The notes beneath the pieces were generated by a model, which was given only the letters and a program-made list of their open reading frames with translations, was not told the origin of the DNA and did not search any database. A DNA stretch of 64,000 nt from an uncultured Eubacteriales bacterium (GTDB lineage: Bacteria; Acidobacteriota; Aminicenantia; Aminicenantales; Aminicenantaceae): assembly GCA_964406575.1 (NCBI GenBank), contig CAYOSH010000022.1, forward strand, positions 2,740 to 66,739, written 5' to 3'. Shown in pieces: positions 20,985 through 30,336 of the stretch (its first letter is position 1; the number at the start of each line of letters is the position of its first letter). The translations under genes and the position numbers were made by a program.

Positions 20985-23717
20985 CTAGAATGACAAGCGA
21001 ATTCCCAATTGCACTCTTCGCGGGGGGATGATTCGAGCCGGCTGCATGAAGCCCTCTGCAGTCCCTCTTGTCGTTAAAGTTTCCACCATCGTCGCTTCGT
21101 TAAAGAGATTGAATATATCCGCGGCGATCCTCAAGCTGAATCTCTCTTTGTACCTGAACGCTTTTTCTATTCTCAGGTCAAGAAGATTCCAAGCATCCAG
21201 GTGATATGTGGAACCCCTTGGCTCTGCCAGGATCGAAAATGCTCCTTGATCCATTCCTGTGACAGAAATAGTCCTTGCTATCGGTTTTCCGCTCATCGCC
21301 GTGTAACTGGCACTCACGCTGAAGTCATAAGGTAAAAGATACGTTCCCTGCACCTTGAACATGAACCTTCGATCGCTTTGCAACAGTCCGTCGTAGCCAG
21401 TGTTGTTGATGAGGTCATTCGGATCCCTCAATCCTGAAAAGTTCCCTTGAGTCAATTGGCCCGTCGATGATACTCCAGAAGCTTTCGAGTAGACAAAAGA
21501 TGAGCTCAACTGCCAGTTGTTCGATAACCGCTTATTCAGTGTGATAAACAATCCTTGGTATTTCTGTTTGTAGTCTGGGTGGTTGATCAGGGTGAGAAAA
21601 TCATCGCCTGGATCAGTTGTCTGATTCCAGACCTGTATGGTCTTTCCTGCAAACTCATCGTAGTAGTCCACAGCTTCAAATTCGGCAGCCGTATTCCACC
21701 ATGATAGAAAATCCTTGGTGTATTTGTAGACATAGGTTATTTCCAGCCCGAAATCTGCAATTAATTCCCGGCTTAATCCCACAGATAACTGCTGGCAGAG
21801 GCTACTTTTCAGATTATCGCCTACGGCTCTTCCGCCGCGTGGATCCCATGACCAGGAAAAGATGTCATACTGTTCCGTATCCCAATTGTAAAGGTAGGCA
21901 TAGACGGGCTGCGAGCTGGGAGAAAGTGAAAAAAAAGTGCTCAGGTATAAGCCTTCGTAATAGTGCCCGTATGTGGCTCTCAAAATAGTCTTGGCATCGG
22001 AAGTGAGCCGATAGACTAGGCCCACTCTTGGTGACCAGTTACTCCAAGAGATAACATTCGATACGCCTTCAATAGTGTTACCAGTTGGGTTTCTATTCAC
22101 ATCGATCTCTTCCACATCGAAAATATCGCCGGATTGTTGATCGAATCGTAGTCCCAAATTGACTGTCAACCTGTCGCCGATGGCCCAAGCATCATCCACG
22201 AACACACCGAGCCTGTTGACGCTGGCCCCGTAGTTGTAAGGATTTTGGAAGTATGCGGCATAGGGATAGCCATCATAATCATAATAGGCGACACCGCCTG
22301 AATAGGAGTAGATACCGGCATAATGTCCTCGGGTAAATTGGACACCGACTTTAAAATCGTGATTTCCGCCTATGAAATCATCTGCATAATAACTGAGGGT
22401 AGCGTTGGCTTGGATTCTGGAAGCATCTGCCTTGGTCCAGCCCCATATCCCGTTCGTGGAATAGCCCGTTGCCGCATCATAATGGATAGACTCATCCAGA
22501 TTTCCATCCTGTGGAACCCACTCGTCATGGGCAAACCATCCCCCTAATTTAAGCTCAAAAATTGCATCCTGGCTCAGAACTGATGTGAGGAGCAGGTTGG
22601 GAACAAGGTACCATCCGGGCTCCAAGGCAGCCGCGTCGTAGGGCTGAGCGGGCGTGATGACATCAGGCAGATCATACACTTCATGCTGATACGATATCAT
22701 CAGTCTATTGTTTTTGTTGAGCTGCATGGTTAGCTTTAGAAATCCTCTCTTATAATCAGCTTTTGTAGGAAATTCTGGTGGAGTTCCCAGTTGGGAATAG
22801 GCGGATCGCTTCCACTGAAGATTACTGTAGAGCCAAATTGTGTCCTTCTTCAAAGGTCCGGATAATTCTAAGCTGAAATCGTTCTGGTAATCGACATTAT
22901 AAGGGTATTCTGCATCAGGCACATTATTGCCGACAAAACTCGAAGGAAGGAGATAAGTGTTGAACTCTCCTCGAAAATCATTGCTCCCCGATTTCGTGAC
23001 GACATTGATGACGGCTCCCTGGAAATTCCCATACTCTGCGGGGGCTCCGATGGAGATGATCTCACCTTCCTGATAAATATCGGGATTGTTCCACACCCAC
23101 GTGGTGCCGTTGAAATCGAAAGATGTGTCAACCCCATCAACCAGGTACGAATCCGAAAAGTAGGACGATCCGAGAGAGGAATGCCATTCTTCTCCTTGCG
23201 TTTCATTTGCTGAGACACCCGGAGCCCAGAGCATGATGTCTATATAGGTGAAACGACTTTTGGGGATATTCTGCAGTAAATCAAGATTGTAGTTGGCAGT
23301 TGTCCCTGATTTAGTGACATCGATCACCGGAGATTCTCCGACAACTGTGACTGTTTCTTCAACAGCTGCTTGTTGCAGAACGACATCCACGGTGACTGTT
23401 TTTCCCACAGAAACGATAATATCTTCCCTCTTGAGTGATTGGAATCCTGCCAATGAGACGGTCATTTCGTATGTTCCCGGGGGAAGCGCAGAAAATATAA
23501 AAACACCGCTCGTAGAGGTTAGATCAGCTTTGACACCGCCAATAAGATCCGGGCTCTGGATTTCTACACTTGCTCCCGGGAGATTCTCATCGGCATCATC
23601 TCTTACAGTGCCTCGAATGGTTCCGGTCAACCGCTGGGCCGAGGAAAAACTCACCATTAAAAGAAGAAAAACCATCAAAAATGGAATAGACCTGAAGAAA
23701 ATCCTTCTAAGAATCAT
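20985..23717 (-). CDS. TonB-dependent receptor, Oar-like, with carboxypeptidase-regulatory-like N-domain
   Basis: Signal peptide, GTIRGTVRD...LPPGTYE, plug motif APAEYGNFQGAVINVVTKSG and C-terminal QLGIRLSF. Confidence 0.93.
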   Translation of the reverse strand: MILRRIFFRSIPFLMVFLLLMVSFSSAQRLTGTIRGTVRDDADENLPGASVEIQSPDLIGGVKADLTSTSGVFIFSALPPGTYEMTVSLAGFQSLKREDIIVSVGKTVTVDVVLQQAAVEETVTVVGESPVIDVTKSGTTANYNLDLLQNIPKSRFTYIDIMLWAPGVSANETQGEEWHSSLGSSYFSDSYLVDGVDTSFDFNGTTWVWNNPDIYQEGEIISIGAPAEYGNFQGAVINVVTKSGSNDFRGEFNTYLLPSSFVGNNVPDAEYPYNVDYQNDFSLELSGPLKKDTIWLYSNLQWKRSAYSQLGTPPEFPTKADYKRGFLKLTMQLNKNNRLMISYQHEVYDLPDVITPAQPYDAAALEPGWYLVPNLLLTSVLSQDAIFELKLGGWFAHDEWVPQDGNLDESIHYDAATGYSTNGIWGWTKADASRIQANATLSYYADDFIGGNHDFKVGVQFTRGHYAGIYSYSGGVAYYDYDGYPYAAYFQNPYNYGASVNRLGVFVDDAWAIGDRLTVNLGLRFDQQSGDIFDVEEIDVNRNPTGNTIEGVSNVISWSNWSPRVGLVYRLTSDAKTILRATYGHYYEGLYLSTFFSLSPSSQPVYAYLYNWDTEQYDIFSWSWDPRGGRAVGDNLKSSLCQQLSVGLSRELIADFGLEITYVYKYTKDFLSWWNTAAEFEAVDYYDEFAGKTIQVWNQTTDPGDDFLTLINHPDYKQKYQGLFITLNKRLSNNWQLSSSFVYSKASGVSSTGQLTQGNFSGLRDPNDLINNTGYDGLLQSDRRFMFKVQGTYLLPYDFSVSASYTAMSGKPIARTISVTGMDQGAFSILAEPRGSTYHLDAWNLLDLRIEKAFRYKERFSLRIAADIFNLFNEATMVETLTTRGTAEGFMQPARIIPPRRVQLGIRLSF

Positions 23718-23933
23718 TTTGCCTCCTTCAAGCTTGCGATTAGAAAAGTTGAGATATTTATTTTATCTCCCCATATACCATTCTACTTGTTCCACAATGC
23801 GGAACTCTGTATCATACTCTGATTCATTATTTGAACAATTGATCAGTTTTGTCAAGCTCTAATACAGCCTTTTTAATATTATTTTTATCCAATCGCAATT
23901 TTGGCGTGTTGGATAAAATTCAATTTGTTTTAA

Positions 23934-23950
23934 TGCAAGTTGTATGCCAA
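23934..23950 (-). promoter_or_regulatory. Sigma54 (-24/-12) promoter upstream of the TonB-dependent receptor
   Basis: Minus strand TTGGCATACAACTTGCA, with GG-N10-GC spacing matching the consensus. Confidence 0.7.
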
Positions 23951-24126
23951 TCTTCTTGGAAATGATTTCAAAGAATTCTATGCCGAGTTGAGGTTCCAAA
24001 ATACTCTGCTTTTTTCATGATCCTCGTTCATAAATTTGGAGAATTCAATTTATTGAATTGGCAGGAAAAAGTTAAAGTGAAGCAACTCTGCTTTCAAAAT
24101 AGAGGTTAGAGTGCGCCGATATCCGG

Positions 24127-24903
24127 TTAATCGGCCGTCCCACCTCCGTCAACAACAAGCGTTGCTCCTGTCATGAAGGTGGAGTCGTCAGAGGCAAGAA
24201 AGAGTGCGGCTTTGGCGATTTCCCCGGGCGTCCCGATCCGGCCCATCGGGCGTTGCGCGACAGCTTGCTCATGGTATTCTTCCCATGTCATTCCGCGCAT
24301 CCGGGCATCTTCACCGAGCATCGGGGTTTCGACATCACCGGGACAGAGGCAGTTCACACGGATTCCCTGTCTTGCGTGATCTAGGGCCATGGCCTTTGTT
24401 AAAAGAACAACACCGCCTTTGGATGCACAGTAAGATACGGCTTCGTTGCCGCCCACAATCCCCCATCCGGAACCGTTATTGATGATCACGCCGCTCTTTT
24501 GGGCGATCATGTGAGGGAGAGCGAATTTTGACATCAGATATGTCCCCTTAAGGTTGATATCGATGGTGAGATCCCATTCTTCTTCTGAACAATCCACTGC
24601 AGTGTTCGGGAAATAAACTCCTGCATTGTTAAAGAGAATATCCAGCCGTTCAAAAGCCTTCATCGTTTTCTCAACAGTACTCTGGCACTCATCGGGAAAC
24701 CGAATATCTGCGATAATGTATATCGCCTGACCGCCGCCATCAATGATTTCTTTGACGACTTCTTCACATCTGTTCTCATTGCGGCCCGTAATACATACCC
24801 TCGCACCCTCTTTGGCAAAAAGAATGGCTGTGGCTTTGCCTATTCCGGAGTTCCCCCCGGTGATTAAAGCGACCTTATCCTTAAGTTTCATATTATCCTC
24901 CAT
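24127..24903 (-). CDS. Short-chain dehydrogenase/reductase
   Basis: TGGNSGIG, NNAG, YCASK and VDGG. Confidence 0.93.
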   Translation of the reverse strand: MEDNMKLKDKVALITGGNSGIGKATAILFAKEGARVCITGRNENRCEEVVKEIIDGGGQAIYIIADIRFPDECQSTVEKTMKAFERLDILFNNAGVYFPNTAVDCSEEEWDLTIDINLKGTYLMSKFALPHMIAQKSGVIINNGSGWGIVGGNEAVSYCASKGGVVLLTKAMALDHARQGIRVNCLCPGDVETPMLGEDARMRGMTWEEYHEQAVAQRPMGRIGTPGEIAKAALFLASDDSTFMTGATLVVDGGGTAD

Positions 24904-25274
24904 CTCTCGTTTTATATATAGGTCGAACCATGAAACTACTCTTTGAAGACGAGCGGACTAAGGATGCATAAGACCATGGAGTAAAAAATCATAACTGTTC
25001 CTTTCCAATTTTTCAACTTCTATCATGAGAGGATAAACATCCTTATTTCTGTGATAAGAGCATTAGACGTAAAAAAGAGAGAGACACTGTCCTTATGAAT
25101 CGGATGGCGGCGGGTGGGGGGGTCTTCGACGAATATGGACTGTGACGAACTCTTGCTTTTATCATTTGACTTGAAAACATCACGGAAATAAGGATGCTTC
25201 CCATGAGAGTCATTAAAATTATGCTCTTTGGTCCCGTTGAAATTAGAGAGCGAAAGAGATAAAATAATGACAAG

Positions 25275-25511
25275 ATGAAATGTCCGGGACAGGATACACG
25301 CCACTGGAAAAAAGAAGATATTTTTGAGGTTCATTGTCCCGCTTGCCGGACAACCGCTGAATTTTTCAAAGACGATGTTCGAAGACGCTGCAAAAAATGC
25401 AACACATGGATTCCCAACCCAAAACTCGATCTCGGATGTGCCGAATGGTGCAATTATGCGGAGCAGTGTCTCGGCAATGATTCCTTGAAAAAACGGAAGA
25501 AAAAAAAGTAG
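25275..25511 (+). CDS. Small Cys-rich metal-binding protein (CPGQD type)
   Basis: MKCPGQD...CPAC...CKKC...CAEWCNYAEQC with 8 Cys. Ends in TAG. Confidence 0.75.
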   Translation: MKCPGQDTRHWKKEDIFEVHCPACRTTAEFFKDDVRRRCKKCNTWIPNPKLDLGCAEWCNYAEQCLGNDSLKKRKKKK

Positions 25512-25544
25512 CTTCAATATCACATTCTGGTTTTCAGAATTCAA

Positions 25545-26141
25545 ATGATCAGTAAAGACCTCTGGATCACTCTTGGAGGACTGGATGTCTGCGACGTCGA
25601 GAGACGAAGCCTGTCAAAATATAATCCGCAGACTCAAAGTTATCGTTTAAGAATCCTCAACAGGGATTATGATATTTCCCCAGCAAAAAAAAGCGTACGG
25701 CTTGCCGAGTCAATTCTGGAGCAATTTCCAAGCTTCTATGTGCAACTTGTTACCGTCAACTATCTCATCGGAGCAAAAGACCTACCTCTGACCGGAAAGT
25801 GGATGGCTGTGACTCAATTCCCTTCAGGCCCGCTGTTTTTCCGTGGATCCCATAAAATGCCGAGCGATGCACTGGAAAAAGCCTTCAGTCATAATGAAGA
25901 TGACTTTAGCTCGCTATCTCTGGCTTATGGTGGCACCAAAGTGGATGGAGGCGATTGTGCTTTTGAATTCCCTTTCTTCCCCCGGCTCCCTGTCAGGCTG
26001 CTCCTCTGGTTAGCGGACGAGGAATTCCCCGCCCGGATGGTATTCCTTTTCGACAGAACGGCCGATCAGCATCTTCAACTGGATGGATTATGGGCTTTGG
26101 GGAAAGCTCTTGCACACGTGCTTCTTCACAAAACTCTCTAA
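25545..26141 (+). CDS. DUF3786-like protein
   Basis: YLIGAK..PLTGKW, FFRGSH, FPRLPVRLLLWLADEEFPA and FLFD, a pattern typical of DUF3786 proteins found near corrinoid/acs genes. Confidence 0.75.
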   Translation: MISKDLWITLGGLDVCDVERRSLSKYNPQTQSYRLRILNRDYDISPAKKSVRLAESILEQFPSFYVQLVTVNYLIGAKDLPLTGKWMAVTQFPSGPLFFRGSHKMPSDALEKAFSHNEDDFSSLSLAYGGTKVDGGDCAFEFPFFPRLPVRLLLWLADEEFPARMVFLFDRTADQHLQLDGLWALGKALAHVLLHKTL

Positions 26142-26190
26142 GGATCATTCAAAGAACCCTCAAGGTTTTAACAACTCATTGACGGAGGAA

Positions 26191-27477
26191 TCAGCCGGAA
26201 TCTATGGTTTGCCAGTCCAGCTTCTTATATTTGCGTCGAAATTGAGACGGTGTGCTCTTCTCCATCTGCTTGAATGTTTTTGTAAAATGGCTCTGATCGA
26301 AAAAACCAGCCTCGATCGCGCAATCTGCAATGTTGACATCCGTATTCAGAAGAAGATATTTCCCATACTCAACTCTGAGCTTCTTAATGTAATCCGAAAG
26401 CGATACCCCTGTCTCTTCCTTAAAAAGGTGAAGACATCTGCTCGTGCTCAGGCCACCAATCAACGCGACTTCTTCAGATTTTATCTTACGGGTAAAATTT
26501 TGATCGATATAGTCGATCATTTTTCTGATCTTGATTTTTTTCTTCTTCTCTTTGGTGGCTGAGACTCTAGTGATAAAATTGGTCAGAATATCATTAAGTT
26601 TGAACAGCAGTTCGTCTAAATCAGTCGCCCTATTCAGCTCCGTAAAATAGGAGTAGTTCAATCCCATCAGGTCTTTTGCATCCACTCCTGCCTCTATAGC
26701 CGTTCTTGAGATGATGACAACCAATTCGATGATTCGGACCTTGATGATCTCAAAATTCATGCCGCTGTCAAAAAAAATCGAACCCAAGAATTCGTTGAGA
26801 ATCTCTCTTGCCCCTGTTTTATCTCCGAGTTTGACCTTCTGAATGATCTCTTCCTGTTTGTCCAGAATCTTTCTAGCAACATCGGGCCTGTTTTTTTTCA
26901 GATCATCCAGGAAATTGGCGATTTTGTATTGCTGGATGTATTTGGCCTTTCTGTCTTCGAGAAAATTCATATCATTGATCTGATATTTCCTGGTGAGCGT
27001 GAGAAGGTAGGAAACGTTTTCCCTCACTTTTTTGAGCGAAAATATTTTAAATTTCAAATCCCGGAGCTTTAGCTCGTCCACTGACTCACAAAAACTCCCA
27101 AGATTCTGGGCCAGCTCATCGATAAAATCCTGCCTCATCTTCGGAAATATAGCAAAACCGCTCAGAAACCCTCCGAGGAGCTTTTTATTAAGAACAATGG
27201 GTACGGCGAACATGATCAGCCCAAGGGGACAATAGGTGATATAGCCCTCTCCCCACCGGAAGGCTTCTTCAATAGCTTTCAACATCTTCAATTGACAATT
27301 GCTCATCAGAGCACTGTTCCTGCTCGTAAAAGTTTGTTCGCATATCGTGCATTTTTTACTGCTGTGTAAAATTTCTCCGCTGGCATTGATGAGCACGAGA
27401 GGCAATCCTGTTTTAGTTGTGTATTTACCGGCAAGCATTTTAAACTTCGTTTCCGGTACGATTTTCTGAAGCTGCAT
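26191..27477 (-). CDS. AraC-family transcriptional regulator with N-terminal PocR sensor domain
   Basis: PocR-like TGLPLVLI...YITYCPLGLIMFAVPI. AraC HTH motifs LFKEETGVS and GFFDQSHFTKTFK. Confidence 0.88.
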   Translation of the reverse strand: MQLQKIVPETKFKMLAGKYTTKTGLPLVLINASGEILHSSKKCTICEQTFTSRNSALMSNCQLKMLKAIEEAFRWGEGYITYCPLGLIMFAVPIVLNKKLLGGFLSGFAIFPKMRQDFIDELAQNLGSFCESVDELKLRDLKFKIFSLKKVRENVSYLLTLTRKYQINDMNFLEDRKAKYIQQYKIANFLDDLKKNRPDVARKILDKQEEIIQKVKLGDKTGAREILNEFLGSIFFDSGMNFEIIKVRIIELVVIISRTAIEAGVDAKDLMGLNYSYFTELNRATDLDELLFKLNDILTNFITRVSATKEKKKKIKIRKMIDYIDQNFTRKIKSEEVALIGGLSTSRCLHLFKEETGVSLSDYIKKLRVEYGKYLLLNTDVNIADCAIEAGFFDQSHFTKTFKQMEKSTPSQFRRKYKKLDWQTIDSG

Positions 27478-27504
27478 GATATTTTATTTTTATATTTATT
27501 AGTT

Positions 27505-27566
27505 TAGCATAATTATACAAAAATTAATCCCAAAATGCTAGACGAACTGCACAGTAAAATGCTAGA
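27505..27566. promoter_or_regulatory. Candidate AraC-type operator region between the regulator and the corrinoid gene
   Basis: TAGCAT-N6-ACAAA at 27505-27521 and a direct repeat AAAATGCTAGA at 27532-27542 and 27556-27566. Confidence 0.45.
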
Positions 27567-27629
27567 TTATTTGAATAGTCAAGTGACTTCAGGACAAACC
27601 CGCTTGAATCGGCGTGTGAGGTTGTAAGA

Positions 27630-28289
27630 GTGGAAATACTTTTTGAGATCGCAAATAATTTGGAACATGGAGATTCTTCTGCAGTCAAAGAATCGTTGAG
27701 AAAAGCACTTTCTATGAATATTGCCCCTGAGAAAATCCTGAGTTTGGGGCTGATCAAAGGAATGGAAGCTGTCGGGAAAAAATTCAAGGCAAATGAAATC
27801 TTCATTCCCGAAGTCTTGATCGCATCGAGAGCGATGAAATCAGCGATGGACGTCATCAAACCATTTCTGACCGAAGGCACAGAATACTCTCAGGGAAAAA
27901 TAGTTTTGGGCACGGTGAAAGGAGACATCCATGACATCGGGAAGATGGTTGTGAGGATCGCGCTGGAAAGGGAAGGATATGATGTCATCGACATAGGCAT
28001 TGATGTCCCCAAGGAAGCCTTTCTGGAGGTGGCACTGAAAGAAGGCCCAGATATCGTGGGAATGTCTGCACTTCTTACGACAACAATGTCATACATGAGA
28101 GAGGTTACAGGTTCTATCAGATCCGCCCGCTTAAAAAAGAATGTCAAAATAATTATCGGCGGGGCGCCCATCACACAATCCTTTGCCGATGAGATCGGAG
28201 CCGACGGATACGCGCAAGAAGCGGAATCTGCAGTGACTCTTGTGAGAAGCCTTCTGAAAAACGAAGAAACGAAAAGGAAACATCGATGA
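27630..28289 (+). CDS. Cobalamin-binding (corrinoid) protein
   Basis: Cap domain FIPEVL, DxHxxG (GDIHDIGK), SALLTTTM and GGAP. Confidence 0.93.
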   Translation: MEILFEIANNLEHGDSSAVKESLRKALSMNIAPEKILSLGLIKGMEAVGKKFKANEIFIPEVLIASRAMKSAMDVIKPFLTEGTEYSQGKIVLGTVKGDIHDIGKMVVRIALEREGYDVIDIGIDVPKEAFLEVALKEGPDIVGMSALLTTTMSYMREVTGSIRSARLKKNVKIIIGGAPITQSFADEIGADGYAQEAESAVTLVRSLLKNEETKRKHR

Positions 28290-29071
28290 AATTTGCTGTT
28301 ACGGGAAAAGGAGGGACCGGAAAAACAACGATAGCAGGTATTTTGGCCCATTTTTTCAGCAGAGATGGCTATCATGTCTTGGCCGTGGATGCTGATCCGG
28401 ATTCCAACCTTGCTTCAGCCATTGGCGTCCCGGAGAATGAGGTCACCTCAGTCATTCCGATCTCGAAACAGCGTCAACTCATTACGGAAAGAACAGGTGC
28501 GAAACCCCGTCAATTCGGCCAGCTTTTCAAAATGAATCCGAGCGTGAGCGATATTCCGGATGCGTTTTGTATCGATCACAAAGGCATAAAACTTTTGATC
28601 TTGGGGGCTATCCAAAAAGGGGGGGCGGGTTGTGCGTGTCCGGAAAATGTGCTTCTCCGGAGCCTCTTATCCGAGATTATTCTCAATCGTGATGAAGTCG
28701 TTATCGTGGATATGGAAGCAGGCATCGAGCATCTAGGAAGAGCGACATCCCGGTCGATAGACAAAATGCTGATTATTGTAGAGCCCGGATCCCGAAGCAT
28801 ATTGACGGCAAAAACAATCCTGAGGCTTGCACGGGAAATCGGGGTCGAGTCTTTCGGCATCATCGGGAATAAAATCCAGGACAAAACACAAGAGGATTGG
28901 ATCCGTAACCAATTCCCTAAGGGACTTCTTTTGGGGACGGTTTCCTATCGGGATATCATCCGTGAGACCGACCAATCCCAGCAACCGATCATAGAATTCC
29001 TTGATGAAAACTTGAGCAGAGAATTTGACGCCATTTACCAATCTTTAAAGAATCTGGAGCGACTGTCATAA
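28286..29071 (+). CDS. cooC: CO dehydrogenase Ni-insertion ATPase CooC
   Basis: GKGGTGKTT, DADP, CxC (GCACPEN) and DMEAGIEHLGR. Confidence 0.92.
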   Translation: MKFAVTGKGGTGKTTIAGILAHFFSRDGYHVLAVDADPDSNLASAIGVPENEVTSVIPISKQRQLITERTGAKPRQFGQLFKMNPSVSDIPDAFCIDHKGIKLLILGAIQKGGAGCACPENVLLRSLLSEIILNRDEVVIVDMEAGIEHLGRATSRSIDKMLIIVEPGSRSILTAKTILRLAREIGVESFGIIGNKIQDKTQEDWIRNQFPKGLLLGTVSYRDIIRETDQSQQPIIEFLDENLSREFDAIYQSLKNLERLS

Positions 29072-29110
29072 GCCAAATTTTACATAGGATTCATTTATTC
29101 GGAGGATAAA

Positions 29111-29127
29111 TAGCATTTTTTTACAAA
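29111..29127 (+). promoter_or_regulatory. Second copy of TAGCAT-N6-ACAAA upstream of the mesB-acs genes
   Basis: TAGCATTTTTTTACAAA, same spacing as the site at 27505. Confidence 0.4.
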
Positions 29128-29208
29128 TTATCAGGAGCTAAATACAAGATATAAAAAGAACGCTGATTTTAAATAATAGAGTCGATATCTAACTCTCGGA
29201 GGTCAAAC

Positions 29209-30249
29209 ATGTCTTTTAAACCACAATGTCTTGCTTCCGGAATCGGAAGTTTCCCCCATAAGAATGTGGCCAGAGCCTGCGATTTGATCATGGAGACGAT
29301 CCCGGTGATCCCCATCTGGCCTCAACTGCCGAACACCAACTTCCGCGAACAAATGGAAGCCCAATACAGTGAGGCATTTCCCAATGTGGTCATAGATGAC
29401 TCTAAAGAGAAAATGTATTTCAACACTGCTGAGGAGTCCACAGCTGAGCTGGAAAGATTCTATGAGAGCTATATGGCAGAAGACCTGGGTCACTTTAAGA
29501 TATCCGAGGAATTCAGCCGTGGAATCTATGAGATGGAAAAAAGACTCGTCGCAGACCGGCCTTCGTCCATCCTGTTTTTCAAAAGCCAAGTGACCGGTCC
29601 GGTCACATTTGGCCTGGCGACTGTCGATGAGAATAAAAGAGCACTCTACTACAATGAGGTCTACAGGGATGTTGTCGTTAAAGGGATTACGATGAAAGCC
29701 AGGTGGCTCTTGGAAAAATTCAGACCTCTTGGATACAGCCAGATATGCTTTGTGGATGAGCCGATCCTCACCGGCTTTGGTTCCTCAACTTATGTCAGCG
29801 TTCAGAGGGAAGCCGTGGTGCATGACTTGAGCGAGGTGGTGGAAGCGGTCCATGCAAATGGCGCTCTTGTCGGGACCCACTGTTGTGGAAATACAGAGTG
29901 GCCTCTTTTGATTGATGCGGGCGTGGACATCATCAGTTTTGATGCCTATGAATTTGGCGACACGATCGCCTATTATCACGAACAGACGAAAAGATTCTTG
30001 GAGAAGGGAGGTGTACTGGCCTGGGGAATAGTGCCCACCTCGGAAAAAATAGCCGGAGAGACACCCGAATCTTTAATAACCCGGCTGAAAGAAAAAATAA
30101 CTCATTTGGCGAATAAGGGAATCGACCAGCACCTCATTTGGGAGAAATGCCTGTTGACCCCGAGCTGTGGCACTGGCTCTTTGCGGATTGAACTTTCAGA
30201 AAAAATCTTTTATACATTGTCTGAGGTGAGCCGTTTGCTCCGCGGATGA
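29209..30249 (+). CDS. mesB: Core (folate-independent) methionine synthase, MesB-like
   Basis: Catalytic-domain-only MetE-like protein with IGSFPH, WPQLP, TGPVT, FVDEP, HCCGNT, SFDAY, AWGIVPT and TPSCG. Resembles Dehalococcoides MesB as I recall it. Confidence 0.78.
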   Translation: MSFKPQCLASGIGSFPHKNVARACDLIMETIPVIPIWPQLPNTNFREQMEAQYSEAFPNVVIDDSKEKMYFNTAEESTAELERFYESYMAEDLGHFKISEEFSRGIYEMEKRLVADRPSSILFFKSQVTGPVTFGLATVDENKRALYYNEVYRDVVVKGITMKARWLLEKFRPLGYSQICFVDEPILTGFGSSTYVSVQREAVVHDLSEVVEAVHANGALVGTHCCGNTEWPLLIDAGVDIISFDAYEFGDTIAYYHEQTKRFLEKGGVLAWGIVPTSEKIAGETPESLITRLKEKITHLANKGIDQHLIWEKCLLTPSCGTGSLRIELSEKIFYTLSEVSRLLRG

Positions 30250-30336
30250 AGACTACGTGGAATATATCTTCCTCAGAGGAGTGATTTCTGGATAGTATTA
30301 AAAAGAAATTTGAGTTAAGAGATGAGGTAATAAATC

